From positions 118,887 through 182,886 of the forward strand of contig CAJQLY010000002.1 in the NCBI GenBank assembly GCA_905479295.1: a stretch of DNA of 64,000 nt, read 5' to 3'. Of the stretch, positions 1 through 8,511 are shown one piece after another. The position numbers and the translations under genes were made by a program. This DNA comes from an uncultured Gammaproteobacteria bacterium (GTDB lineage Bacteria; Pseudomonadota; Gammaproteobacteria; UBA4575). Position 1 is the first letter of the stretch; every line of letters begins with the position of its first letter. The notes below the pieces were generated by a model. That model saw nothing but the letters and a program-made list of their open reading frames with translations. It was not told the origin of the DNA and did not search any database.

Positions 1-108
1 AAATCGTAAACTATTCGCGGCTAGCTGCCAACGTTTTCAATCAATTAGGGCAAAAAATCATTTTTTACCCTATTGAGCCGTTAACATCAGCCGTTTTTCA
101 ACTACGTT

Positions 109-1785
109 TTAGTCGGTTACTGCACCGCTTGAGGCCGAGCTAACTTGTTTTGCATATTTAGCCAGTACCCCGCGAGTGTAGCGGGCTTTAGGCGCTTTCC
201 ACGCCGTTTTACGTTTCTTCAATTCGCTTGCGCTAACGTGTAGATTCATTTCACCACGCTCAGCATCAATGGTAATTTTGTCACCATTTTTGACTAGGGC
301 GAGCGGACCGCCAACAGCTGCTTCTGGGGTGATATGGCCAACAACAAAGCCATGACTACCACCAGAAAAACGACCATCAGTGATTAATGCGACATCTTTT
401 CCGAGACCTTTACCCATTACAGCCGAGGTTGGTGAGAGCATTTCACGCATGCCGGGGCCACCAACTGGGCCTTCATAGCGAATAACGATGACATCACCTT
501 TCTTAATGCCACCATCGAGAATCTTCTTCAGAGCTGTTTCTTCCGAGGCGAAGACTTTGGCCTTGCCGGTGAAAGAAAGCCCTTCTTTACCTGAAATTTT
601 AGCGACGGCACCTTCTGGTGCTAGATTGCCATATAGGATGACCAAGTGGCCATCTTTCTTAATTGGGTTGCTGAATGGGCGGATGATGTCCTGTCCTTTT
701 GGATAGGCTTTCACCTTGGCTAGGTTTTGCGCCATGGTCTTACCGGTCACGGTTAGACAATCGCCATAGAGTAGACCTTTTTTCAGTAGCATCTTCATTA
801 ATGGCTGAATTCCACCAATCTCAATAAGTTCTGACATCATGTATTTGCCACTAGGGCGCAAGTCGGCCATTACCGGTACTTTCTTACCGATACGGGTAAA
901 GTCATCGATAGATAGTTTTACACCCATGGAGTAGGCCATGGCGAGCATGTGTAGCACTGCATTAGTGGAGCCGCCTAGGGCAGTAATGATCGTAATGGCA
1001 TTCAAAAAGGCCTTACGCGTCATGATGTCGCTAGGACGCATGTCTTTTTCTAATAGGTTTAAAACAGCCTTGCCAGCATTACGGCAATCATCTTCTTTTG
1101 ATTTTGAGATGGCGGCTTGAGCTGAACTGCCTGGTAGGCTCATGCCTAAGGCTTCAATCGCTGATGCCATGGTGTTGGCGGTATACATACCACCACAGGA
1201 GCCGGCGCCTGGAATGGCTTTTGATTCAATTTGTTTTAATTCTTTGTCACCTATCTCTTGCTTGGCATGTTGACCAACAGCTTCAAATACAGAGACAACA
1301 TCGATCTTAATACCTTTATGTACGCCCGGCATGATGGTGCCACCATAGACGAATACAGCAGGTCGATTTAAGCGCGCTAGGGCCATCATGCAGCCCGGCA
1401 TGTTTTTATCACAACCACCAATCGCAACAACGCCATCAAAACCTTCACAGCCAGTTACGGTTTCAATCGAATCAGCAATCACTTCACGTGAAACTAGTGA
1501 GTACTTCATACCCTCTGAACCCATCGAGATACCGTCTGAGATGGTGATGGTGTTAAAAATTACACCCTTGCCACCCGCGCTATTAGCCCCTGCGGCTGCT
1601 TTTTCGGCCAGAGTGTTAATGTGCATATTACATGGCGTTACCATGCTCCAGGTGGAGGCAATACCGATCTGTGGCTTTTGAAAGTCGCCATCTTTAAAGC
1701 CAACGGCGCGTAGCATGGCACGACTAGGTGCACGCTCGGTGCCATCGACAACTATTGAAGAATGGGTGCGAAGTTTTTTGCTCAT
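109..1785 (-). CDS. ilvD: dihydroxy-acid dehydratase
   Basis: 558-aa ORF with IlvD/Edd family motifs ([38 protein letters not shown]). Confidence 0.95.
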   Translation of the reverse strand: MSKKLRTHSSIVVDGTERAPSRAMLRAVGFKDGDFQKPQIGIASTWSMVTPCNMHINTLAEKAAAGANSAGGKGVIFNTITISDGISMGSEGMKYSLVSREVIADSIETVTGCEGFDGVVAIGGCDKNMPGCMMALARLNRPAVFVYGGTIMPGVHKGIKIDVVSVFEAVGQHAKQEIGDKELKQIESKAIPGAGSCGGMYTANTMASAIEALGMSLPGSSAQAAISKSKEDDCRNAGKAVLNLLEKDMRPSDIMTRKAFLNAITIITALGGSTNAVLHMLAMAYSMGVKLSIDDFTRIGKKVPVMADLRPSGKYMMSELIEIGGIQPLMKMLLKKGLLYGDCLTVTGKTMAQNLAKVKAYPKGQDIIRPFSNPIKKDGHLVILYGNLAPEGAVAKISGKEGLSFTGKAKVFASEETALKKILDGGIKKGDVIVIRYEGPVGGPGMREMLSPTSAVMGKGLGKDVALITDGRFSGGSHGFVVGHITPEAAVGGPLALVKNGDKITIDAERGEMNLHVSASELKKRKTAWKAPKARYTRGVLAKYAKQVSSASSGAVTD

Positions 1786-1940
1786 AAGTTTATAGCGGGT
1801 TATTGGGCTTAAGAGACTGCACTATACCGAATGCGGCGAATTGGAACGAGCCTTCGCTAGAGATATTCAGTCTGTTTTAGGTTTGTGGGGTGACCATTTG
1901 ATCTATACCCCACAGAATAATAGGTACTACGTAAGGTGGT

Positions 1941-2561
1941 TTAGCTTTCTTCTACGAAGCTAGCTGATAGTTCGACGTAGTCAGCCATTGATTGTTCGAT
2001 CACTTTTATCGCGTGATCACGACCATAGCCTGGGCCTACCTGAACCTTAGAGTCTTCACCTGGTAAGCACTTATAAGTGCTGAAGTAGTGACGTAATCGC
2101 TCAACAATCGAGCTAGGTAATTCTGCAATGTCCTCAACGTGTGACCAAATGTGATCACCTTCGAGTACGGCGAGGATTTTATCGTCGGCTTCACCGCCGT
2201 CGATCATCGGTAAACCACCGACAACGCGGGCATTTAAAATTAACTCGGCACGGTCGACAGGACGGTCACTGATTACACAGATGTCTAATGGATCCTCATC
2301 ACCTTGTAGGTCATCACCCATCAATGCACCAACGCATGCACCACAATAAGTGCGAGGAATAAAGCCATAGAGAGTCGGTGGTAGTGAAGAGGTGCGATGT
2401 GGACGATCTACACGCAGGTAACCGGTCTGTTTATCGACTTCATATTTGACGTGATCAAATGGCGTGCTCTCAATGTAGGCATGTACTACGCTAGGCGCAT
2501 CTGGGCCTACTTCGATACCGTGCCAAGGGTGTGGGCGCCAGCGATTAAATGTTGATGACAA
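1941..2561 (-). CDS. ppa: inorganic pyrophosphatase (family I, long form)
   Basis: 206-aa ORF. Has PPase-like [23 protein letters not shown] and DDKILAV acidic metal-binding motifs. Confidence 0.85.
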   Translation of the reverse strand: MSSTFNRWRPHPWHGIEVGPDAPSVVHAYIESTPFDHVKYEVDKQTGYLRVDRPHRTSSLPPTLYGFIPRTYCGACVGALMGDDLQGDEDPLDICVISDRPVDRAELILNARVVGGLPMIDGGEADDKILAVLEGDHIWSHVEDIAELPSSIVERLRHYFSTYKCLPGEDSKVQVGPGYGRDHAIKVIEQSMADYVELSASFVEES

Positions 2562-2718
2562 AGCGTGTTACTCCTCTTATATATCGTGACTGCTGGGTGG
2601 TGATACTGATCAAGCAAGCAGCCAATTTAATTGTGTACTATTTAGTTCGTAATGCTACCGCATTCAGTCTGTATAGGACTACGGTTTTTTAACATAACGT
2701 TATGCTTTGGCCAATGGT

Positions 2719-3030
2719 TTATATGACAGTAGCCCAAAGTCTTAGTCCTAATTGTGCAAAAAGTACTGCTAAGACCAGATTGCTTACCGCACTGACAAGG
2801 TTACGAAAGGTGATTTTTTGAAGACATTGTCGTGCCCCGGCATAAGCGCCAATGGCGGTAACGAAGAATCCAAACTCAGACATCAGTAGCAAAGTCAGCA
2901 ACGGTAAAGTGCTGAGCCCTTGAGGATCGGTTTTACCACCTAGGGTGACGGCTACTAATAATGCGCTGCCAAGGAATAAAGCGACGCTGGGATACAGTTC
3001 TTTTTTCATACTAGACCTATAAAAAATCAA
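2719..3030 (-). CDS. small integral membrane protein, unknown function
   Basis: About 100-aa ORF with 3 hydrophobic segments. An internal Met (MKKE, start 3009) is equally possible. Lies last in a co-directional trio with the two upstream genes. Confidence 0.5.
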   Translation of the reverse strand: MIFYRSSMKKELYPSVALFLGSALLVAVTLGGKTDPQGLSTLPLLTLLLMSEFGFFVTAIGAYAGARQCLQKITFRNLVSAVSNLVLAVLFAQLGLRLWATVI

Positions 3031-3101
3031 AAAATGATAAGCCTTACGGTAACAGATTATTTTCTGTGCGGGAGCCGTTAACGTAGATCGACCTGATTAT
3101 A

Positions 3102-4094
3102 TTAAGGGTGATGTTTGCATTGGATTTTTGGGCATCTACCAGTGTTCTGTGCATTTGGGTACTTTGCGGTGAGTTCATTCAAAGTGTTTTGGATGGTATT
3201 ACTTTTTGCCTGACTCATCTCGATAGCGCATCTAGCGGCATCTATAGCGCTGCGATGGCAACCCAAGGCAGCAGCACTATAAGCAAAGTTATTTAGCGCC
3301 TGAGCTGAATGTGGATTAAGACTTAAAGCCTTACGATAAGCACGATTAGCCGCTAAGGGCTCATTCAATTGCATGTGACTATTGGCCAAACCTAAATGCG
3401 CAGGAAAATGATCAGGCCAACGGCGTAGTGCGGTGCTATAGGTAATTTGTGCTGCACGTGTATGTCCTAGATGCTCAAGATCAATGGCAGCAGCCATGAC
3501 CCTATCGATATCGGCATCCTCTGGGATGTCGGTCATAGGGGATAGCACTAATGACCAGTGTGAGGCACGTGACCAGGTGTTCTCAAAGGTTTTACGTGCG
3601 GCTCGATAGTATTCATGGCGACCACTGTGAAGTAACACAAAATTCCTATCTGCCGAATAACCGACGACGACGGCATAGTGCCAGACTGGGTAGGCATCAA
3701 TCGCTAAGTTTTGTAAGACAATGACAGGGCGTTGTTGATCAATCGCGTTAAACAGGCTGTCCATGTCATTTGCTTGATGGTAACTCTGTAGGCCAATCTC
3801 ACGGGCAGTAGCTAGCATCTCTAATTGTAAGCCACCGGTTTTGTTGGGGCTGCTTTTGAAGCGATGTAATTTGCCTGGGCGTATTGGCAGGATATAAAAG
3901 TTAGCGACCATCGATAGCGCGGCGGGGCCGGAATAAAAAGCAGCTTGATCAAAGAATGGCACTTGTAAAACGATGTCTGAGGCTTGGTCTTGCGGTTCCT
4001 TTGGTAAGAGATGGTCGGCCACTGTTGTGCAGCCATTCATAAGGGGGCTACTGAGTATAAATAATAGGGCTATTAAGTGGCAGTTGAGTGGCAT
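3102..4094 (-). CDS. C39-like (PA2778-type) peptidase-fold lipoprotein with C-terminal TPR repeats
   Basis: Lipobox-like LMNGC. Has a papain-like/C39-like core (xGPAAL ... WHYAVVVGY ... LLHSG) and TPR-like helices in the C-terminal third. The nucleophile position reads Ser (YSGPAAL). Confidence 0.7.
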   Translation of the reverse strand: MPLNCHLIALLFILSSPLMNGCTTVADHLLPKEPQDQASDIVLQVPFFDQAAFYSGPAALSMVANFYILPIRPGKLHRFKSSPNKTGGLQLEMLATAREIGLQSYHQANDMDSLFNAIDQQRPVIVLQNLAIDAYPVWHYAVVVGYSADRNFVLLHSGRHEYYRAARKTFENTWSRASHWSLVLSPMTDIPEDADIDRVMAAAIDLEHLGHTRAAQITYSTALRRWPDHFPAHLGLANSHMQLNEPLAANRAYRKALSLNPHSAQALNNFAYSAAALGCHRSAIDAARCAIEMSQAKSNTIQNTLNELTAKYPNAQNTGRCPKIQCKHHP

Positions 4095-4104
4095 GATGTC
4101 GACG

Positions 4105-4479
4105 TTAGAATGAGGTCGAGATATCAGTGTAGCCGGTCAGCTCTAGTAATAAGATCAAAGGGCTGGGTGCTAATGCGACTAGATTTGAGCTGTCTGTCTC
4201 TGGCATGTCTGCAATCTGATCAGCTAGATTTTGTAATTCACTAGGGGCCAGCTTGGGTAGGCGTTGACGGATATCAGCAGCTGTAATTTTATGCTTGAGT
4301 AGCATACCTTTAACATCTTCGCGCTTTAGCAGAAGGTCAATGCGTTCGATATTTTCCTGGCTAGTGACTGCAGCAACTATTTGTTCTGTAGTGAACATCT
4401 CTGCCTTTAGCGACAGACTGATGAACAGTCCAAATAGGACTATTAATAGAGATCGAAACAATGTTCTTGAAGGGCTCAA
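4105..4479 (-). CDS. small secreted protein, PA2779-like partner of the adjacent peptidase
   Basis: 124 aa with a signal peptide (LFISLSLKA/E). Sits 10 nt upstream of the peptidase gene. The family assignment is from memory of the PA2778/PA2779 gene pair, not from a search. Confidence 0.5.
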   Translation of the reverse strand: MSPSRTLFRSLLIVLFGLFISLSLKAEMFTTEQIVAAVTSQENIERIDLLLKREDVKGMLLKHKITAADIRQRLPKLAPSELQNLADQIADMPETDSSNLVALAPSPLILLLELTGYTDISTSF

Positions 4480-4557
4480 GTAGTTGCTCTCGGAGATAAG
4501 GTGTAGCCTGATTGTTCGCTTTTAAGCGAATTGGGTCAAGCCTTATTAGTACGGTGT

Positions 4558-5619
4558 TTATTCTCGCTCAAACAACATCAAGTGCTCTAAGTCCAGACGG
4601 ATACCTAGTGGTTTGCCAATGCTGTGATCATGATGGCTTGGGGCATAACAAAGCACACGATAATCATTTGGTAGACGCAATGTGTAGAGAAACTGGGCCC
4701 CTAAGAAACGCTTTTCCTCAACGATGGCGCTAACCTGACTATTGTCATCGTGTGGGATGTCATCAGGCCTTACTAGCAGGTCGATTTGACTGCCTGGGGT
4801 GAAGCGTTTTTCGCTGTTATTAGGCAGGGTACCAAAGACTGTTTCAACATCTCCTGCGGCATTGATCTCGACTGGAATAAATGTACCGAGTCCAACAAAG
4901 TCAGCAACAAATCTAGAATTGGGTTCGTGATAGATATTGTAAGGTGAATCAAACTGCACAATAGCACCCTGCTGCATGACGCCAATGGAGTCAGCGATTG
5001 AAAAAGCCTCATCCTGATCATGAGTGACTAATAGTGCGGTGATTTTTTCTAACTTGAGAATGTTGCGTACCTCTAGCACTAACTGATGACGCAGTTCCGG
5101 GTCTAGGCTAGAAAAAGGTTCGTCTAATAAGAGTAGTGATGGTTTCGGTGCTAATGCTCTAGCTAAGGCCACGCGCTGCTGTTGCCCACCAGATAATTCG
5201 TGCGGATATTTTTGATCACTAGTGACAGGGATTTCTACTAAATCTAAGACATGTCGGACCTGTTTTTGAATATAGCGCTGTTCCATCTTGCGAATGCCAT
5301 AAGCCACATTGTCAAAGATGGTCATATGCGGGAACAGGGCGAGGTCTTGAAACATCATGCCAACACCACGTGACTGCAGTGGTGCTTGTGATTGTTGTGA
5401 GCTAATAAGCCGTTGATTGAGCTGGATCGTGCCATGGTCGATAGGGTGTAGGCCGGCAATAGAACGGAGCAGAGTAGTCTTACCGCAGCCACTGGGCCCG
5501 AGTAAGCAGACAATATCTTGCGCTTGGATTTTCAGCTCGACCTCTTGCAGGATTTTCTGCTTGTGATGCGAGGTTGAAAGCTGCGCTACTTCTAGTAAGG
5601 GAGGTGATTGAATGGCCAT
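4558..5619 (-). CDS. Fe3+/polyamine-type ABC transporter ATP-binding protein
   Basis: Walker A GPSGCGKTT, signature LSGGQQQRVALARAL, Walker B LLLLDEP and a C-terminal TOBE-like extension. Operon with the permease and binding protein. Confidence 0.9.
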   Translation of the reverse strand: MAIQSPPLLEVAQLSTSHHKQKILQEVELKIQAQDIVCLLGPSGCGKTTLLRSIAGLHPIDHGTIQLNQRLISSQQSQAPLQSRGVGMMFQDLALFPHMTIFDNVAYGIRKMEQRYIQKQVRHVLDLVEIPVTSDQKYPHELSGGQQQRVALARALAPKPSLLLLDEPFSSLDPELRHQLVLEVRNILKLEKITALLVTHDQDEAFSIADSIGVMQQGAIVQFDSPYNIYHEPNSRFVADFVGLGTFIPVEINAAGDVETVFGTLPNNSEKRFTPGSQIDLLVRPDDIPHDDNSQVSAIVEEKRFLGAQFLYTLRLPNDYRVLCYAPSHHDHSIGKPLGIRLDLEHLMLFERE

Positions 5620-5624
5620 GGCAA

Positions 5625-7301
5625 TTATTTCTTTCGGATCGAAATGTTTAATAGAATGACCGGTATTATACCTGTCATTACGATAGCTAATGCGGCGGTT
5701 GAAGCGTCTGCTAGACGCTCGTCAGATGCTAGTTCATAGGCGCGCACGGCGAGGGTGTTGAAGTTGAAGGGGCGCATAATTAAAGTTGCTGGTAGTTCCT
5801 TCATGACCTCGACAAAGACGAGCAAAGCAGCGCTGAGCAGACCACCACCAATCAGCGGTACGTGGATGCGGCGTAGGGTCTGGCCAATCGAGTTACCTAA
5901 TAAACGTGAAGCTTCATCGATTGAATGTGAAATCTTACTAAGGCTGGCATCTACTGTTTGTAAGGCCAATGATAAGAAACGCACAGTATGCGCAAAGACT
6001 AGAGCAAAGATAGTACCGGTTAAGAGCAAGCCTGATTCAATAGAAAATTGTTCGCGTAGTGTATCGATCAACCAATTATCTACACTACTTAATAAAATAA
6101 TTGCACCTACTGCGATCACCGTACCGGGAACAGCATAGCCCATGGCGCATAGATTAATCATCGATTTTAGTAACGTGCTTTTGCTGATACGTCTTGCGTA
6201 AGCCAGGATGGTTGCAATGACCAAGGTTAGTGCAGCAGCAGAGATGGCCAACAGGAGGCTGTTCCATGTTAGCTGCCAGAAGTGTGCATCCAACATTTCA
6301 TCGGCAGTTTCGATTGCCCAGCTGATTAATTGCAGTAATGGAATAATAAAGCCGAAGATCGCTGGGATAAGGCAAAGGCTTATAGCTGCAGCAGCTGCCT
6401 TACCGTGAAGTGTGAGTACCTCACGCGATCGTTCAGCACTGGTGTTGCCATTAAAGCGGATGCGCCCACGCAGGTATTTTTCAACTAAGAAAAGCATGAA
6501 AACAGCTGCCATCAACAGGCTGGATAATTGTGCCGCTGTGACTGCTTCGCCATAGCCAAACCAGGTGCGGAAAATGCCAGTAGTAAAGGTGCTGATGCCA
6601 AAGTATTGCACCGTGCCGTAATCTGCCAAGGTCTCCATTAAGACTAGGATGACACCAGCTGCAATCGATGGTCGTGCTAATGGCAGGATCACCGAGGAAT
6701 AGCATTGCCAACGGCTAGCACCTAATAGGCGTGCAGCATCGACAATATTTGCTGACTGATTTAGCAGGGATGAGCGTGTCAGCAGGAAGACATAGGGGTA
6801 GAGGACAAAAGAGAACATGACAATAGCACCCTCTAATGAACGGATCTCGGGGAACCAATATTCACCATAACTAAGATCAAAGCTATCGCGTAACAGTTGC
6901 TGTACGGGGCCACCCACTTCCAACATGCCAGTATAGGTATAGGCAATAATATAGGCTGGCATAGATAAGGGTAGTAGCAATAATAACTCGATTAAACCTT
7001 TGCCTGGAAAGCGATAGAGCGCACAGATACAAGCTGCAGGCACACCGATAATAAAGGTGCCAAAGGCGACTCCAAGACCTAGAAGGATGGAGTTTTTGAC
7101 ATAATCCCAGAGTAGATAATCTATTAAATGTTGCCAAGTATCACTACGCGCATGGAGATTAAACTGCAGCACGATTAAGAGCGGTAGGATAATCAGTGCG
7201 GCAATGATAAAGACACTTAGGAACCAGCCTTGATCAGAACCTAAGCGCGCAAGGCTTAACGCACGCAAAGGCTTAAGACGATCTAGCATTTCAGTTCCCA
7301 A
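5625..7301 (-). CDS. iron(III) ABC transporter permease (fused double permease, FbpB-like)
   Basis: 558 aa with about 12 hydrophobic segments in two MalFG-type halves. Lies between the ATPase and the binding protein. Confidence 0.85.
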   Translation of the reverse strand: MGTEMLDRLKPLRALSLARLGSDQGWFLSVFIIAALIILPLLIVLQFNLHARSDTWQHLIDYLLWDYVKNSILLGLGVAFGTFIIGVPAACICALYRFPGKGLIELLLLLPLSMPAYIIAYTYTGMLEVGGPVQQLLRDSFDLSYGEYWFPEIRSLEGAIVMFSFVLYPYVFLLTRSSLLNQSANIVDAARLLGASRWQCYSSVILPLARPSIAAGVILVLMETLADYGTVQYFGISTFTTGIFRTWFGYGEAVTAAQLSSLLMAAVFMLFLVEKYLRGRIRFNGNTSAERSREVLTLHGKAAAAAISLCLIPAIFGFIIPLLQLISWAIETADEMLDAHFWQLTWNSLLLAISAAALTLVIATILAYARRISKSTLLKSMINLCAMGYAVPGTVIAVGAIILLSSVDNWLIDTLREQFSIESGLLLTGTIFALVFAHTVRFLSLALQTVDASLSKISHSIDEASRLLGNSIGQTLRRIHVPLIGGGLLSAALLVFVEVMKELPATLIMRPFNFNTLAVRAYELASDERLADASTAALAIVMTGIIPVILLNISIRKK

Positions 7302-7334
7302 TTCCTTTGGTTAATCTTAAGTCTATGGCAAGAT

Positions 7335-8354
7335 CTAACGCCAACCTGCACGATCCATGATGCGCACGGCCTCGGCGTTCAATTCGCCAAGGCGAGTGAG
7401 GTTGAGCGTGTCAGCTTTGAATGGCCCCCATTGCTGCAAGATGTTATTAATCTCAATGCCATCGCGAACAGGGTATTCTAAATTAACCTCACCATACCAG
7501 GCTTGTGATGCATCGGTGAGTAAAAAGGCAACGAGTTTGCTAGCTAGCTCTGGCTGCTTGCTGTGGGCGGTGATGCCAACACCACTCACATTGACGTGCA
7601 CACCACGATCATCTTGATTGGCCCAGAATAAAGTAGCTTCACTGGCAGCGGCTTGTTGCGCAGCATCAGCAGTCATCATCTTACCTAAGTAGTAAGTGTT
7701 GATTACCGCCAAATCACATTGACCCGCAGCTAGGGCCTTGATTTGATCGCGGTCACCGCCCTGTGGTTTACGAGCAAAATTAGCGACCAGGCCATCGGCC
7801 CATGCTTGGGTTGCTTGCTCACCATGATGAGCAAGCATCGCGGCAACTAATGATTGGTTATAAATATTGTTTGAGGAGCGGATGCAGATACGGTTTTTCC
7901 AGCTTGCATTTGTTAGCGCTTCATAGTTGCTAAGCTCTTCTTCTTTAACGTTTTTATGGCGATAAGCCAGCGTTCGAGCGCGTACTGAAAGGCCGACCCA
8001 CTGGGCGTCAGCATCTTGGTACTGATGCGGTACCTGGCTGAGGATTGCTGGGTCTTTGATCGCTTGTAAGAGACCTGCCTGCTTGGCGCGATGTAAGCGA
8101 CCGGCATCGACCGTGATAAAGACATCGGCCGGAGTGTTCTTACCCTCATTAAGTAAACGCTGAATCAATGCATCTGCTTTGGCCGTGATTAAATTGACCT
8201 GGACATTGTGGGTCTGGCCAAATTGGTCTAACAATGGCTTGATATAAGCCTCTTTACGCGCGCTATAGACATTGATTTCATCAGTAGCGTGTGCAAATTG
8301 CGAGCAAATTAGTGTGATACTGATGTAAAGTATTGATTTAAAATTACATTTCAT
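7335..8354 (-). CDS. Fe3+ ABC transporter periplasmic substrate-binding protein (FbpA/AfuA-like)
   Basis: 339 aa with a signal peptide (CSQFAHA/T). N-terminal INVYSARKE..I.P motif typical of ferric-binding proteins. First gene of the operon. Confidence 0.85.
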   Translation of the reverse strand: MKCNFKSILYISITLICSQFAHATDEINVYSARKEAYIKPLLDQFGQTHNVQVNLITAKADALIQRLLNEGKNTPADVFITVDAGRLHRAKQAGLLQAIKDPAILSQVPHQYQDADAQWVGLSVRARTLAYRHKNVKEEELSNYEALTNASWKNRICIRSSNNIYNQSLVAAMLAHHGEQATQAWADGLVANFARKPQGGDRDQIKALAAGQCDLAVINTYYLGKMMTADAAQQAAASEATLFWANQDDRGVHVNVSGVGITAHSKQPELASKLVAFLLTDASQAWYGEVNLEYPVRDGIEINNILQQWGPFKADTLNLTRLGELNAEAVRIMDRAGWR

Positions 8355-8406
8355 GGTTTGTCCTAAGCAATAAAATCACAAGGGTGACGTCAAATAATGG
8401 TAGCAC

Positions 8407-8457
8407 AAATGATATGCATTCGTATTTTAAGCCTGAAAATGAATGATACAAATTATT
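8407..8457 (-). promoter_or_regulatory. candidate Fur-box-like AT-rich elements upstream of the iron transporter operon
   Basis: aaatgatatgcattcgtatttt and gaaaatgaatgatacaaattatt partially resemble the GATAATGATAATCATTATC consensus by eye. The first matches about 11 of 16 positions. Confidence 0.25.
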
Positions 8458-8511
8458 GGCACTGGACTCGTGAAATTCACCATAGCCAAGTTCTTTTAGA
8501 TGTGAGTTCGG

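Noticed and set aside
46-72. AT-rich hairpin tagggcaaaaaat-c-attttttacccta downstream of ilvD.
   Set aside because: The stem is almost pure A/T with a mismatch and no distinct downstream T-tract on the ilvD strand. This is too weak to call a terminator.
488-1681. Several 60-100-aa plus-strand ORFs inside ilvD, and similar antisense or nested ORFs inside almost every long gene in the track.
   Set aside because: They lie entirely within strongly supported genes on the opposite strand or in another frame. They have no motifs. They are the expected by-product of long open frames.
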